Shown here piece after piece: positions 9,674 to 18,984 of a stretch of DNA of 64,000 bases. A program made the translations under genes and the position numbers. The first letter of the stretch is position 1. Every line of letters begins with the position of its first letter. The DNA is from Candidatus Dadabacteria bacterium (GTDB taxonomy: Bacteria > Desulfobacterota_D > UBA1144 > Nemesobacterales > UBA2774), in the NCBI GenBank assembly GCA_020849425.1, contig JADLGH010000007.1:2732-66731 (forward strand), read 5' to 3'. The notes under the pieces are model-generated. The model was given only the letters and a program-made list of their open reading frames with translations. It made no database searches and was not told the DNA's origin.

Positions 9674-9747
9674 TGGCTGGGGCACTAGGATTCGAACCTA
9701 GACTGATGGATCCAGAGTCCATAGTACTACCGTTATACTATGCCCCA
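9674..9747 (-). tRNA. tRNA-Gln (anticodon CTG)
   Basis: The reverse complement reads TGGGGCATAGTATAACGGTAGTACTATGGACTCTGGATCCATCAGTCTAGGTTCGAATCCTAGTGCCCCAGCCA. Acceptor stem TGGGGCA/TGCCCCA, anticodon loop CTCTGGA (CTG), T-arm GGTTCGAATCC and 3' CCA. It is closely similar to E. coli tRNA-Gln. Confidence 0.85.
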
Positions 9748-9861
9748 GCGGAAGGCCTTTAGTATTTATAATAACACACATGGAGTCAAGTATCTTGATT
9801 GGCCGCACGCATTCGATACAATAGAGTTACAAAACTTTTTAATCCGGCAAGGAGAAAGGCG

Positions 9862-10041
9862 ATGCCCGCAAAGACGCTGACAGTAAGCGCCAAAAAGAAA
9901 ACGGAGCTCAGGGCCAAGGTCGACAAGGCCGTAAAGGACGCCGCCAAACAGGGACTTATTTTCGTAAAGTCGGGGTACAGGGAAGACAAGATAAAGAAAT
10001 CGAAAGGCGGTTATGAAATCGAGATAGAAGTTCATTCCTAG
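9862..10041 (+). CDS. small Lys-rich hypothetical protein (59 aa)
   Basis: ATG 9862 is preceded by AAGGAGAAAGG. Product [59 protein letters not shown]. Ends with TAG, 13 nt before queF. Confidence 0.35.
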   Translation: MPAKTLTVSAKKKTELRAKVDKAVKDAAKQGLIFVKSGYREDKIKKSKGGYEIEIEVHS

Positions 10042-10054
10042 GTTTGATCGAGAC

Positions 10055-10411
10055 ATGGCAGAGCCCGAATTTCACAAGCTGGAGACGTTCGAGAACCGGT
10101 ACCCGGACAGGGAATACGAGATAGACATATCCTGCCCGGAATTCACCTGCGTCTGCCCGAAGACGGGCCAGCCGGACTTCGGAACGATCCGCATAAAGTA
10201 CGTCCCGGGCAGGCTCTGTATAGAGCTCAAATCACTCAAGCTGTACATATATTCATACCGCGGCGTCGGCACGTTCCACGAGCACGTAACGAACAAAATC
10301 CTCGACGACATAGTCTCGGCGTGCAGCCCCGTAAGTGCCGTCGTCACGGGGGACTTCAACGTGAGGGGCGGAATAAAAACCGTCGTCACGGCCTCTTACG
10401 AGAGGGATTGA
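10055..10411 (+). CDS. queF: NADPH-dependent 7-cyano-7-deazaguanine (preQ0) reductase, unimodular type
   Basis: Catalytic Cys in [16 protein letters not shown] and the QueF motif [12 protein letters not shown]. Length 118 aa. Confidence 0.9.
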   Translation: MAEPEFHKLETFENRYPDREYEIDISCPEFTCVCPKTGQPDFGTIRIKYVPGRLCIELKSLKLYIYSYRGVGTFHEHVTNKILDDIVSACSPVSAVVTGDFNVRGGIKTVVTASYERD

Positions 10412-10430
10412 GGCCTCCCGTTCCGGGCTT

Positions 10431-11327
10431 TTGGCAATCCCTGGCCGAAATTATTTCTCAATTCATCCTCATGGGGTTAATATCTTTATATACCGCCCGG
10501 AGGATGCCGCAGGCTTGCTTTTAAAAGCTCAGATAATAATCACAGCCGTAATAATCCTGGTAATAATCGGGATCGCCGTGGCCGCGCCCTACGTCGCGCC
10601 GTATAAATACGACGAGACGGACTTCCGGAACGCGCTCAGCAAGCCCGGCCCGAAACACCTCCTGGGCACGGACCAGGAAGGAAGGGACATGCTGAGCCGG
10701 ATCATCTACGGCGCGCGGGTCTCGATAGCCGTCGCGCTCGGGACGGCAGCCATAGCGCTAGTCATCGGCACATTTTACGGCGCCGTGTCGGGCTATATCG
10801 GCGGCAAGGTTGACGAGCTCATGATGAGGGTGGTGGACGTATTCTACTCGCTCCCCGACCTCCTTCTCATCGTCCTCATCACGCTGGTCATAGGAAGGGG
10901 CGTCCTCGGAATAGTGCTCGCCCTCGGGCTCACGGCGTGGATGAGGGTCGCGAGGATTGCGCGCGGAAGCGTCCTCCAGCTAAAGGAAGTCGAATACGTC
11001 CAGTCGGCCAGGAGCCTCGGGGCTTCTCCCGCGCGAATTCTGGGGGTCCACATTGTCCCGAACATACTGAGCCCGCTCATAATCACGCTCACCTTCTCCG
11101 TCCCCTACGCGATCCTGGCCGAATCGACCCTCAGCTTCCTCGGCCTCGGGATAGCCCCCCCCGAATCGAGCTGGGGCACGCTCGCGAGCACGGGGTGGCA
11201 GGGCATAAGGACGTTCCCCCATCTCATCGTCTTTCCGAGCCTCGCTATTTTCATTACGGCTTTTTCATTTAACCTATTCGGAGAAGGTATAAGGGATTAT
11301 CTCGACCCCCAGAGAGTAAGGAGGTAA
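10431..11327 (+). CDS. ABC transporter permease, DppC/OppC-like
   Basis: Six TM helices with the HLLGTDQEGRDMLSRIIYGARVSI signature and an EAA-like loop (ARSLGASPARILGVHIVPN). No cognate binding protein, second permease or ATPase is in the window. The start codon is uncertain. Confidence 0.7.
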   Translation: MAIPGRNYFSIHPHGVNIFIYRPEDAAGLLLKAQIIITAVIILVIIGIAVAAPYVAPYKYDETDFRNALSKPGPKHLLGTDQEGRDMLSRIIYGARVSIAVALGTAAIALVIGTFYGAVSGYIGGKVDELMMRVVDVFYSLPDLLLIVLITLVIGRGVLGIVLALGLTAWMRVARIARGSVLQLKEVEYVQSARSLGASPARILGVHIVPNILSPLIITLTFSVPYAILAESTLSFLGLGIAPPESSWGTLASTGWQGIRTFPHLIVFPSLAIFITAFSFNLFGEGIRDYLDPQRVRR

Positions 11328-11334
11328 ATTTCCA

Positions 11335-13419
11335 ATGTACATCCGCAACCCGAAGTCATGTATAAAATACGGCGCCTCTGTTCTGGCGCTGACCGCGCTT
11401 TCGTTTATCGTTCCGGGCCCTGATTCGTCGGCCCAGATCAACTGCCAGTCCGAGATATACCTGCCCGCAAAGCCCGACGCCAAAGACAGGTTCAAAAAGG
11501 GCTACTGCTTCATCCAGATGGGCCAGTTCCAGGAAGGCGTGACGAGGCTCGAGGGCGTCGAAAAGGAGCTCCCGACGGTGGCGGACTACGTCCTCTACTA
11601 CCAGGCTGCGGGATACGAGAACCTCGGCGATTACCCTAAAGCCGCGCTGCTTTTCAACCGCGTGCTGACGGAATACCCCGGAAGCGGCGTCAGGAAGAAG
11701 GCCTTCGAGCGGCTGGGGAACATATACATCCAATCCGGCGACTACGCCAACGCCGAGAGGATTTTCAGGGCGCTTTACGCCGAGGACGCACCCCGGAGCT
11801 CGAAATCATCATACCTTTACAGCCTCGGCGAGGCCCTCGAAAAGCAGGGCCGCTACCCCGAGGCCGTGTCCACGTACAAACAGGTCTGGGTCGAGTATCC
11901 CGAATCGAAAGAATCGTCTTCGGCGCAGGCGGCGGCCCGCCGCGTGAGCACGGCGGGCGGAGTGGCGTTCACCCCCACCCAGTCCGACTACCTACAAAGG
12001 GCCGACACCCTCTTTAAATATTCGAGGTGGTCTTCCGCGGTACAGAACTACGAGATGGTCGCCTCCAAAAGCACCCAGGCCATGACGAACATGGGAATCG
12101 CGATGGTTAACGCCGGCAGGCTTAACGAGGCCGAGGCGGTGCTGAGCACCATAAACACCCCCGAGTCTCTCTTCTGGAGGGGCAAGCTCAAATCGAAACA
12201 GGGGCTCGACAGCGAGGCCGCGTCGCTCTATTCACAGATAAGCACCCGCTTCCCGTCGAGCGAGCTCGCTCCCGAGGGGCTTTACAACGCCGCCAGGCTC
12301 TACCAGATCAACGACCAGGACCAGAGCGCCATAAAAACCTATGACGTCCTCATAAGGACCTACCCGAAGAACAAGTACGCCGAGGACGGCGCGTGGAACC
12401 TCGGCTGGATTTATTACAGGAAGGGGATGTACCCCGAGGCGCTCGCGACGTTTTCCGCCTTCACCGATTCGTCGTCCTCTTTTAACGCGTCCAACGCCAG
12501 GTACTGGAAGGCGAGGACCCTCGAAAAACAGGGGAGGAGGGACGAAGCGCTCGCCGAATACACGGCCCTCGCCGCCCTCACTCCGCCGACGTATCATTCC
12601 TACCTCGCGCAGCAGAAAACGGGCGTCACCCCGGCCTTTGCAAACGTAAGCCCCGAGACGACGACCCTCGGCCCGGAGGCCGCCGCGAGGAAGCAAAAGG
12701 CCGAGCTCCTGATAGAGCTCGGGCTGCCCGATGACGCGAGGCTCGAAATAGAAAAGATGGAGAGCGCCGCCAAGGCGCAGGAAGAGTTCGTCGCGGTGAG
12801 CCTCCTTTACGCGAAGGTCGATGATTACAATAGCTCTATAAAAGTCGCGCAGGACCTCGGCCTCCCGCAGGCCAACAGCCTGTCGTTCCCGAGGGGGTAC
12901 AAGGACATAGTCGGTCCCTACGCCAGGAAATACGGCGTCGATGAGCTCCTGGTTTATTCCGTCATAAGGGAGGAGAGCAGGTTCCAGAAGGACGTCGTCT
13001 CCCCGGCAGACGCCGTCGGGCTGATGCAGCTCATACCGCCCACGGCGAGGACCGTCGCAAGGCAGATCGGCCTCAGCGGCTTTACGGTCGAGATGCTTAC
13101 GATCCCGCGCATAAATATCGAAATGGGCATATTTTATCTGAAGCAGGTGCTGGACAAGTTCGGCGGTGACGTCGAGCTCGCCCTCGCGAGCTACAACGCC
13201 GGCCCGAACCGCGCCGCCACCTGGAAGACGCAGTACTACGGGCTCGACAAGGACGAGTTCATAGAAGAGATACCTTTCCGCGAAACGAGGAACTATATAA
13301 GAAGGATCCTGAGAAGCTACGGAGCGTACAAGGCGATCTACGGGGGCTCGGCCTCGGCTGCGGAGCCCCCGGCAAAGACGACGCCCGGGGCGAGCGATGC
13401 GAAATATCCGGTGAACTAG
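11335..13419 (+). CDS. slt: soluble lytic murein transglycosylase (Slt70-like: superhelical TPR-like domain + C-terminal SLT domain)
   Basis: Signal peptide, a long alpha-superhelical region, and a C-terminal lysozyme-like domain LLVYSVIREESRFQKDVVSPADAVGLMQLIPPTA...ALASYNAGPNRA. Confidence 0.85.
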   Translation: MYIRNPKSCIKYGASVLALTALSFIVPGPDSSAQINCQSEIYLPAKPDAKDRFKKGYCFIQMGQFQEGVTRLEGVEKELPTVADYVLYYQAAGYENLGDYPKAALLFNRVLTEYPGSGVRKKAFERLGNIYIQSGDYANAERIFRALYAEDAPRSSKSSYLYSLGEALEKQGRYPEAVSTYKQVWVEYPESKESSSAQAAARRVSTAGGVAFTPTQSDYLQRADTLFKYSRWSSAVQNYEMVASKSTQAMTNMGIAMVNAGRLNEAEAVLSTINTPESLFWRGKLKSKQGLDSEAASLYSQISTRFPSSELAPEGLYNAARLYQINDQDQSAIKTYDVLIRTYPKNKYAEDGAWNLGWIYYRKGMYPEALATFSAFTDSSSSFNASNARYWKARTLEKQGRRDEALAEYTALAALTPPTYHSYLAQQKTGVTPAFANVSPETTTLGPEAAARKQKAELLIELGLPDDARLEIEKMESAAKAQEEFVAVSLLYAKVDDYNSSIKVAQDLGLPQANSLSFPRGYKDIVGPYARKYGVDELLVYSVIREESRFQKDVVSPADAVGLMQLIPPTARTVARQIGLSGFTVEMLTIPRINIEMGIFYLKQVLDKFGGDVELALASYNAGPNRAATWKTQYYGLDKDEFIEEIPFRETRNYIRRILRSYGAYKAIYGGSASAAEPPAKTTPGASDAKYPVN

Positions 13420-14057
13420 GCCGATGCGGCCTTGGTCTCGCAGCCCGTAAGCGCGGCGAAATTCCTCAGTATGCGGAGGCCGTCGGCGCTGCTCTTCTCG
13501 GGGTGGAACTGGCAGGCGAAGAGGTTGTCCCTTGCGACGGCGGCAGTAAACTCGGCGCCGTAATTCGACGTGACCGCGACGACGCCCGCGTCCTTCGGTA
13601 CCGGGTAATAGGAATGGACGAAGTAGAACCAGTTTCCGTCCGGGATTCCGGCGAGCACCGGGCTTTCCTTCCTTATAAAGACCCTGTTCCATCCCATGTG
13701 CGGGACCTTGAGCCTCTCTTCTTCGGAAGGAGAGAATCTCACCACTCTCCCTTCGAGGATGCCGAGCCCGGGAACATCCGGGGATTCGTCGCTCCCCTCG
13801 AACAGCACCTGTAGCCCGAGGCAAATTCCCAAAAACGGCTTGCCCGAGTCTATGTGCTCCTTTATGGGATCTGCGAGCCCGTACCCGGCCAGGTTCTTCA
13901 TGCAGTCGCCGAACGCGCCGACTCCCGGCAGGACGAGCCCGTCCGCGCGCGATATCTCGCCCGGGTCCCTCGTCACGGACGCGTCGATACCCTGGCCGAG
14001 AAACGCCTTCCCGACGCTTCTTAAATTCCCCATTCCGTAATCTACTATGACGATCAT
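13416..14057 (-). CDS. hisH: imidazole glycerol phosphate synthase, glutamine amidotransferase subunit
   Basis: MIVIVDYGMGNLRSV...PGVGAFG...GICLGLQVLF...HSYY...QFHPEKS. Class I GATase catalytic Cys and His. Confidence 0.9.
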   Translation of the reverse strand: MIVIVDYGMGNLRSVGKAFLGQGIDASVTRDPGEISRADGLVLPGVGAFGDCMKNLAGYGLADPIKEHIDSGKPFLGICLGLQVLFEGSDESPDVPGLGILEGRVVRFSPSEEERLKVPHMGWNRVFIRKESPVLAGIPDGNWFYFVHSYYPVPKDAGVVAVTSNYGAEFTAAVARDNLFACQFHPEKSSADGLRILRNFAALTGCETKAASA

Positions 14058-14065
14058 TGCTTTAT

Positions 14066-14656
14066 TTAGAGCTTGCCCTTGGTCGATGGCACGGACGACG
14101 ACCTCGGGTCTATGCCGGAAGCCCTGTCGAGCGCGCGCCCGACGGCCTTGAACACGGCCTCTATCACGTGGTGGAGGTTGTCCCCGTACCTGAGCTCGAT
14201 GTGGAGGTTACAGAGTAGCGTATTAGAAAAGGATTTGAAGAATTCCTCGCCGAGCTCTACGTCGAACTCCCCCACCTTCGTCTTCGGCACGGAAACGTTG
14301 TACACGAGATACGGACGCCCGCTGAGGTCGACCGACGCGAATGCGAGCGTCTCGTCGAACGGGACGAAGGCCTCCCCGAACCTCGTTATCGACTTCTTGT
14401 CCCCGAGCGCTTTTAGGAATGCGTCCCCGAGCGCAAGGCCGACGTCTTCGACCGTGTGGTGGAAATCGACTTCTATATCACCGACCGCCTTTATGTCGAG
14501 GTCGAAGTATCCGTGCCTCGAAAACTGCGCGAGCATGTGGTCGAAGAACGGTATGCCGGTATCGATGTCGAAATTCCCCTCGCCGTCGAGGTTTATCTCG
14601 ACCTCGACCTTTACCTCCGAGGTTACTCTTTCAGTCCTTCCTTTCCTTTCGGCCAT
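14066..14656 (-). CDS. hisB: imidazoleglycerol-phosphate dehydratase
   Basis: RTERVTSEVKVEVEINLDG...GIPFFDHMLAQFSRHG...DFHHTVEDVGLALG...HIELRYGDNLHHVIEAVFKAVGRAL. The IGPD histidine-rich motifs are all present. Confidence 0.9.
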   Translation of the reverse strand: MAERKGRTERVTSEVKVEVEINLDGEGNFDIDTGIPFFDHMLAQFSRHGYFDLDIKAVGDIEVDFHHTVEDVGLALGDAFLKALGDKKSITRFGEAFVPFDETLAFASVDLSGRPYLVYNVSVPKTKVGEFDVELGEEFFKSFSNTLLCNLHIELRYGDNLHHVIEAVFKAVGRALDRASGIDPRSSSVPSTKGKL

Positions 14657-14762
14657 AATCGCTAAGAATCATATCAGAAATTAAGTAAGTGTCCAATGCC
14701 GCCGCACGCTTGAAACGGCAGGGTGTTTCGCCCGAAGGCCGCTCCGAGTACAATATAGCCCC

Positions 14763-15194
14763 ATGAAAATCGCTCTCACCGACGAGACGGGCGAGCTCGA
14801 CGCCCGCTACAGGGCCCGAATTAAAAAGATTGCCGGTGCGGTCCTCGGGAATCTCGACGTGGACAGGGCATCCGAGCTCTCCGTCACGTTCATCGGCGAC
14901 GCCGAAATGCGGGCGCTCAACAAATCCTGGCGGGGCATCGACCGCGCGACCGACGTCCTCTCCTTCCCCCAGGACGGCGAAGGGCCCGTCCCGCTTCTTG
15001 GCGATATAGTGATCTCGCTCGATACGACGAGGCGTCACGCCGTCAGATACGGCAACACATTTCACGAGGAAATAAAAAAGCTCATAGTCCACGGCATACT
15101 CCACCTCCTCGGCCACGACCACAAAAAGAAGAAAGAAAAAGAGGTGATGCGGGGCCTCGAAGAGGAGTTATTGGAGAAGATCCGGGGGCTGTAG
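14763..15194 (+). CDS. ybeY: rRNA maturation endoribonuclease YbeY
   Basis: Zinc motif HGILHLLGHDH and DVLSFPQ motif. Length 143 aa. Confidence 0.9.
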   Translation: MKIALTDETGELDARYRARIKKIAGAVLGNLDVDRASELSVTFIGDAEMRALNKSWRGIDRATDVLSFPQDGEGPVPLLGDIVISLDTTRRHAVRYGNTFHEEIKKLIVHGILHLLGHDHKKKKEKEVMRGLEEELLEKIRGL

Positions 15195-15218
15195 GTGTAG
15201 GAAGCCGGGGGAGGGAAA

Positions 15219-16451
15219 TCACTTCTTCTTTTTCTGCACTACCCTCACCTCGTCTATCGAGCGCGATGTCGCCTTGGTAACCGTAAACTGCCATCCACCG
15301 TGCCTTATCTTGTCCCCCGGCCTCGGTATGGTCCCCGACTCCATAAGCAGGAATCCCCCCAGGGTTTCGTAATCGTCGCTCTCCGGTATGCCGAGCGCGA
15401 GCTCGTCGTTTATAACGTCTATCTCTATCTTCGGATTGACGAGATACTCGTTCTCCCCCGTCTTCCTCCAGAGCCTTGCGCCCTTGTCGTACTCGTCCTC
15501 GATCTCGCCCACGACCTCTTCGAGAATGTCCTCGAGCGCGATGATCCCGACGGCGCCCCCGTACTCGTCGACGACGACCGCGAGGCCGGCTATCCCCTCC
15601 TTCATCTCGTCTAGGAGCTCGTCTACGAACTTCGATTCGGGCACGTAATAAGGCGGCCGGGCAAAGCTCCTTACCTTCTCGTCGGGGTTCTCGCCGAGGA
15701 GGTAGAACGAATGAAGCATGCCCGTGATGTTGTCCACCCTCGACGAATAGATCGGTATGCGCGTGTGGCCGGTCTCGTTTATCATGCATATGGCGTCACG
15801 GACGGCGGCGTCTTCACTGAGCGCGCTTACGTTAATGAGAGGAATCATTATCTCGGCCACCGTCGTCTCCGAGAACCTGAATATCCTCTTTATCATCCTG
15901 TCCTTGTAATCGATCCTCGGGACGGACGTGTCGCCCTCTATGACCCCTATCAGCTCCTCGCGGGTGACGAAGACGCTCTTCGTGCTTCCTATAAGCGTGA
16001 GTATCTTCTTCGTAAAGACGTTGACCACGGCCAGGACCGGGTAGAGAATCCACGAAGCCACGATAAGCGGATATATCGCCCAGAGTATGGCCGTGTCCCT
16101 TCTCCTCTGGAAAACCGCCTTGGGGACTATCTGCCCGAATATGACTATGAGCGGGGAGAGAATCAAAACGGCGTAGAGCTCCGAGCCCTTGCCGTATTCC
16201 TTTTCGAAGTAAAGCGTCATCACGACCGTGCTCGTTATGAGCGCGAGGTTTATGCCGACGAGCGTCGTGCTTATGAACCGCTCTATCTCGGAGAAGGCGT
16301 TCATCACGAGCTTTGCGCTCTGCGAGCCGCCGTCGGCGAGAGACTTCAGCTTTATCTTGTCGCAGGAGACGAGCGCTATCTCCGAGCCCGCGAAGAACCC
16401 CTGCACGACGAGCGAAACGGCGACGATTGCTATGACTATCTCAAGCGACAT
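15219..16451 (-). CDS. CNNM/CorC-HlyC family membrane protein (DUF21 + CBS pair + CorC_HlyC)
   Basis: N-terminal 4-TM DUF21 (FFAGSEIALVS), tandem CBS domains and a C-terminal transporter-associated domain. Overlaps its downstream paralog by 11 nt. Confidence 0.8.
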   Translation of the reverse strand: MSLEIVIAIVAVSLVVQGFFAGSEIALVSCDKIKLKSLADGGSQSAKLVMNAFSEIERFISTTLVGINLALITSTVVMTLYFEKEYGKGSELYAVLILSPLIVIFGQIVPKAVFQRRRDTAILWAIYPLIVASWILYPVLAVVNVFTKKILTLIGSTKSVFVTREELIGVIEGDTSVPRIDYKDRMIKRIFRFSETTVAEIMIPLINVSALSEDAAVRDAICMINETGHTRIPIYSSRVDNITGMLHSFYLLGENPDEKVRSFARPPYYVPESKFVDELLDEMKEGIAGLAVVVDEYGGAVGIIALEDILEEVVGEIEDEYDKGARLWRKTGENEYLVNPKIEIDVINDELALGIPESDDYETLGGFLLMESGTIPRPGDKIRHGGWQFTVTKATSRSIDEVRVVQKKKK

Positions 16452-17784
16452 CGGCCACCTCCTCGCTCCTTATCTGAACCCTTATCTCCGTTATGCGTTT
16501 CCCCGAAATCTTGCTCACCTGGAACGTAACCGCTCCGTACGTGACGCTCTCCCCCTCTTTGGGGAACTTCCCGAACATGTCGAACATGAACCCGGCCACC
16601 GTCTCGTGGTCCTCTTCGAGCGGGAGGACGGACTGTTCGAGCCCCTCTCCCAGGCTGTCGAGCCCACCGAACCTCAGCACCATGAACAGGTACGTATCGT
16701 TGAACTCCTCTATCTTCATCGTGCCGGGCAAGACGAACGTATTCCCGTCGCACCTGACGGCGCTTTTTTTCAGTACGCTCCTCTCGTCCTCTATTTCCCC
16801 GAAGAGCTCTTCGAGTATGTCCTCGAGCGTCACTATCCCGTCGAACCGGCCGTACTCGTCTACCACTATCGCCATGTGGTTCCTGTCGAGCTGGAATTCC
16901 TTTAGCAGGTCGAAGGCCATCTTCGTCCTCGGTATGAAGTACGGGGGGCGCAAGAGGCTCCCGAGGTTTCCGCCGCCCGAGAGCTCGGACGTAAGGAGGT
17001 CCTTCGAGTAAAGGGCTCCGACGATGTTATCCTTGTCCCCGTCGTAAACGGGCGTCCTCGAAAACCCCCTCTTCTTTATTTCGTATATGGCGTCCTTCCG
17101 CGGGACGCCGAGCGGCAGCACGAAGCAATCGACGCTCGGCGTCATCAGCTTGTACGCGGGGACTTCCTCCAGCTTGAAGAGGCTTATGACGAGCTTCATC
17201 TCCTCGTCCGTTATAACGCCCTCCTCGCCCCCTATGTCCACGAGGGCCTTCACTTCGTCCGTAGTGAAACCGTTCGTCTGCTGATACTCCATTCTGCCGC
17301 CGAAGAGCCTCGTGAACCCCATCGAGAGGATCATCAGCACCCACCTTAAAGGCGCGATTACGGTGTGAAAGAAATTAAGCGGATACGCGACGAGCCTCGA
17401 CATTACGCGGGGGTATTTCACCCCGAGCGTCTTCGGTCCTATCTCGCCGAGGAGCAGAAGGCTCGGCGAAGCTATCGCGATGGAAAGTATCGTAATCGTA
17501 TTTTCGGACAGCCCCCCGAAGAGCCTGCTCACGGTTATCCCGATGACGCTCGCGTACGCCACGTTCAGCACCTCGTCCGCTAACAGTATGGTGATGATGA
17601 GCTTATAGGGCTCGTGAAGGAGCTTCTCTATATACTTCGAGCTCTTCTTCCCTTCCTTCCTCAGGCTTTCGAGCTGGTGCCTGCCGAGCGAGAATAAAGC
17701 GCCTTCAGACGTGCTGAAAAAGCCCGAGGCTACGAGAAGGAGCAGTATGAGAAAAAGATGGTATGTTAGCGCAGCTTCGTCCAT
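16441..17784 (-). CDS. CNNM/CorC-HlyC family membrane protein (paralog of 15219-16451)
   Basis: Same DUF21-CBS-CorC_HlyC architecture (FFSTSEGALFS...). Its start codon abuts the thiL stop. Confidence 0.8.
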   Translation of the reverse strand: MDEAALTYHLFLILLLLVASGFFSTSEGALFSLGRHQLESLRKEGKKSSKYIEKLLHEPYKLIITILLADEVLNVAYASVIGITVSRLFGGLSENTITILSIAIASPSLLLLGEIGPKTLGVKYPRVMSRLVAYPLNFFHTVIAPLRWVLMILSMGFTRLFGGRMEYQQTNGFTTDEVKALVDIGGEEGVITDEEMKLVISLFKLEEVPAYKLMTPSVDCFVLPLGVPRKDAIYEIKKRGFSRTPVYDGDKDNIVGALYSKDLLTSELSGGGNLGSLLRPPYFIPRTKMAFDLLKEFQLDRNHMAIVVDEYGRFDGIVTLEDILEELFGEIEDERSVLKKSAVRCDGNTFVLPGTMKIEEFNDTYLFMVLRFGGLDSLGEGLEQSVLPLEEDHETVAGFMFDMFGKFPKEGESVTYGAVTFQVSKISGKRITEIRVQIRSEEVADVA

Positions 17785-18768
17785 TTAACTTCCGGAATGA
17801 ACAAAACCTCCGTCTTTCAGGGCTATTTCGTTGCCGCCGGGATCGGTTATCGCCAGCTCTGCGTTATGCGAGACGTCCCCGATCTCGGTGATATCGATGT
17901 TAAGCATATCGGATATTTTCTCTATTTCGCCGCGTCTTTCGGGGGGCGAAGTGAAAAGGAGCTCGTAATCCTCGCCGCCCGATAGCGCCGGGCCGTAAAA
18001 ATCGTCCGTATACTCGCCGGCCAGGACGCGGTAATCGTCCGACAGCGGAAGCCTCTCGACGCCGACCCTCGCCCCCACACCGTGCGTCACCGTTATCCGT
18101 TTGAGGTCGAGCGCGAGCCCGTCGCTCACGTCTATCATCGCCGTCGCCAGCTTCCCGTCGGCGAGGCGCTTCCCCAGGGCGAGCCTGGGCTCGGGCCTTA
18201 GATGCCTCTCCGCGAGGCGGCCCCCCTTCCCTCCCTTCCCGTCCTTCCTCAGTATCCTGAGCCCGAGGGCCGAATCCCCGAGCGTGCCGCTCACGTATAT
18301 CACGTCCCCGGGCGAGGCGCCCTTCCGAGTGACCACGCGTGCCGGATCGACGAAGCCGAGGACCGTTATGTCGAGGAAAATCCTCTCCGAGGAGCTAAGG
18401 TTCCCGCCCACGAGCCCGACGCCGAATTCCTCCTCCGCGGATTCGAAGCCGCGCATGAGCCCTTCGAGGAACGCGCCGTCCTCGCGCTTCGTGTAGCCGA
18501 GGGACGCGAGTATATATCTCGGGACGCCGCCCATTGCGCCTATGTCGCTCACCGAAACGGCGACCGACTTACGCGCGAGGTCTTCGGGAGAGATGAGGGA
18601 CTTTACGAAGTGAACGTCTTCCACCTGGCAGTCCGTCGTTACGAGGAGGAGCTTCCCGGGCTCCGTACGGAGAGCCGCCGCGTCGTCGCCGATCCCAACC
18701 TCAACGCCATTTCGACTGCCGGAGAAACGCTCGCCGATCAAACGGAGAGCGTCGAGCTCGTTTATCAT
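17785..18768 (-). CDS. thiL: thiamine-monophosphate kinase
   Basis: AIR-synthase-related fold with the ThiL N-terminus MINELDALRLIGERF...VGIGDDAAAL...LLVTTDCQVEDVHF. Confidence 0.85.
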   Translation of the reverse strand: MINELDALRLIGERFSGSRNGVEVGIGDDAAALRTEPGKLLLVTTDCQVEDVHFVKSLISPEDLARKSVAVSVSDIGAMGGVPRYILASLGYTKREDGAFLEGLMRGFESAEEEFGVGLVGGNLSSSERIFLDITVLGFVDPARVVTRKGASPGDVIYVSGTLGDSALGLRILRKDGKGGKGGRLAERHLRPEPRLALGKRLADGKLATAMIDVSDGLALDLKRITVTHGVGARVGVERLPLSDDYRVLAGEYTDDFYGPALSGGEDYELLFTSPPERRGEIEKISDMLNIDITEIGDVSHNAELAITDPGGNEIALKDGGFVHSGS

Positions 18769-18984
18769 TTCAGATCAAGGTCCGGGGGCAAATATACTCG
18801 ATTGAATAATCCGGAATTTACAGCGATGTATTCAGGAGATGTTTTAACGGAATTCTGATTTTGGCCGCACAAATGGGGATCAGGGTCTTTCATAATTCGC
18901 TATCATTTAAATAATTACTTCGCATGAGTCGAATTAAAGTTTAGGATATTCGCTATAATATGTCAACCTGAAACGGATGCCGAA

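Noticed and set aside
9750-9861. Possible preQ1 riboswitch upstream of the small ORF/queF
   Set aside because: The compact preQ1-I hairpin/A-rich tail consensus could not be recognised in this leader, so no call is made.
10321-10524. 67-aa ORF overlapping the 3' end of queF and the start of the permease
   Set aside because: It is out of frame with both neighbours, Arg-rich, and has no RBS. It is more likely spurious than a real upstream gene or frameshifted N-terminus.
12232-13824. 530-aa minus-strand ORF rich in Arg/Pro/Gly running antisense through slt and hisH
   Set aside because: A typical spurious long ORF on the opposite strand of GC-rich coding DNA. It has no domain signatures and overlaps two well-supported genes.
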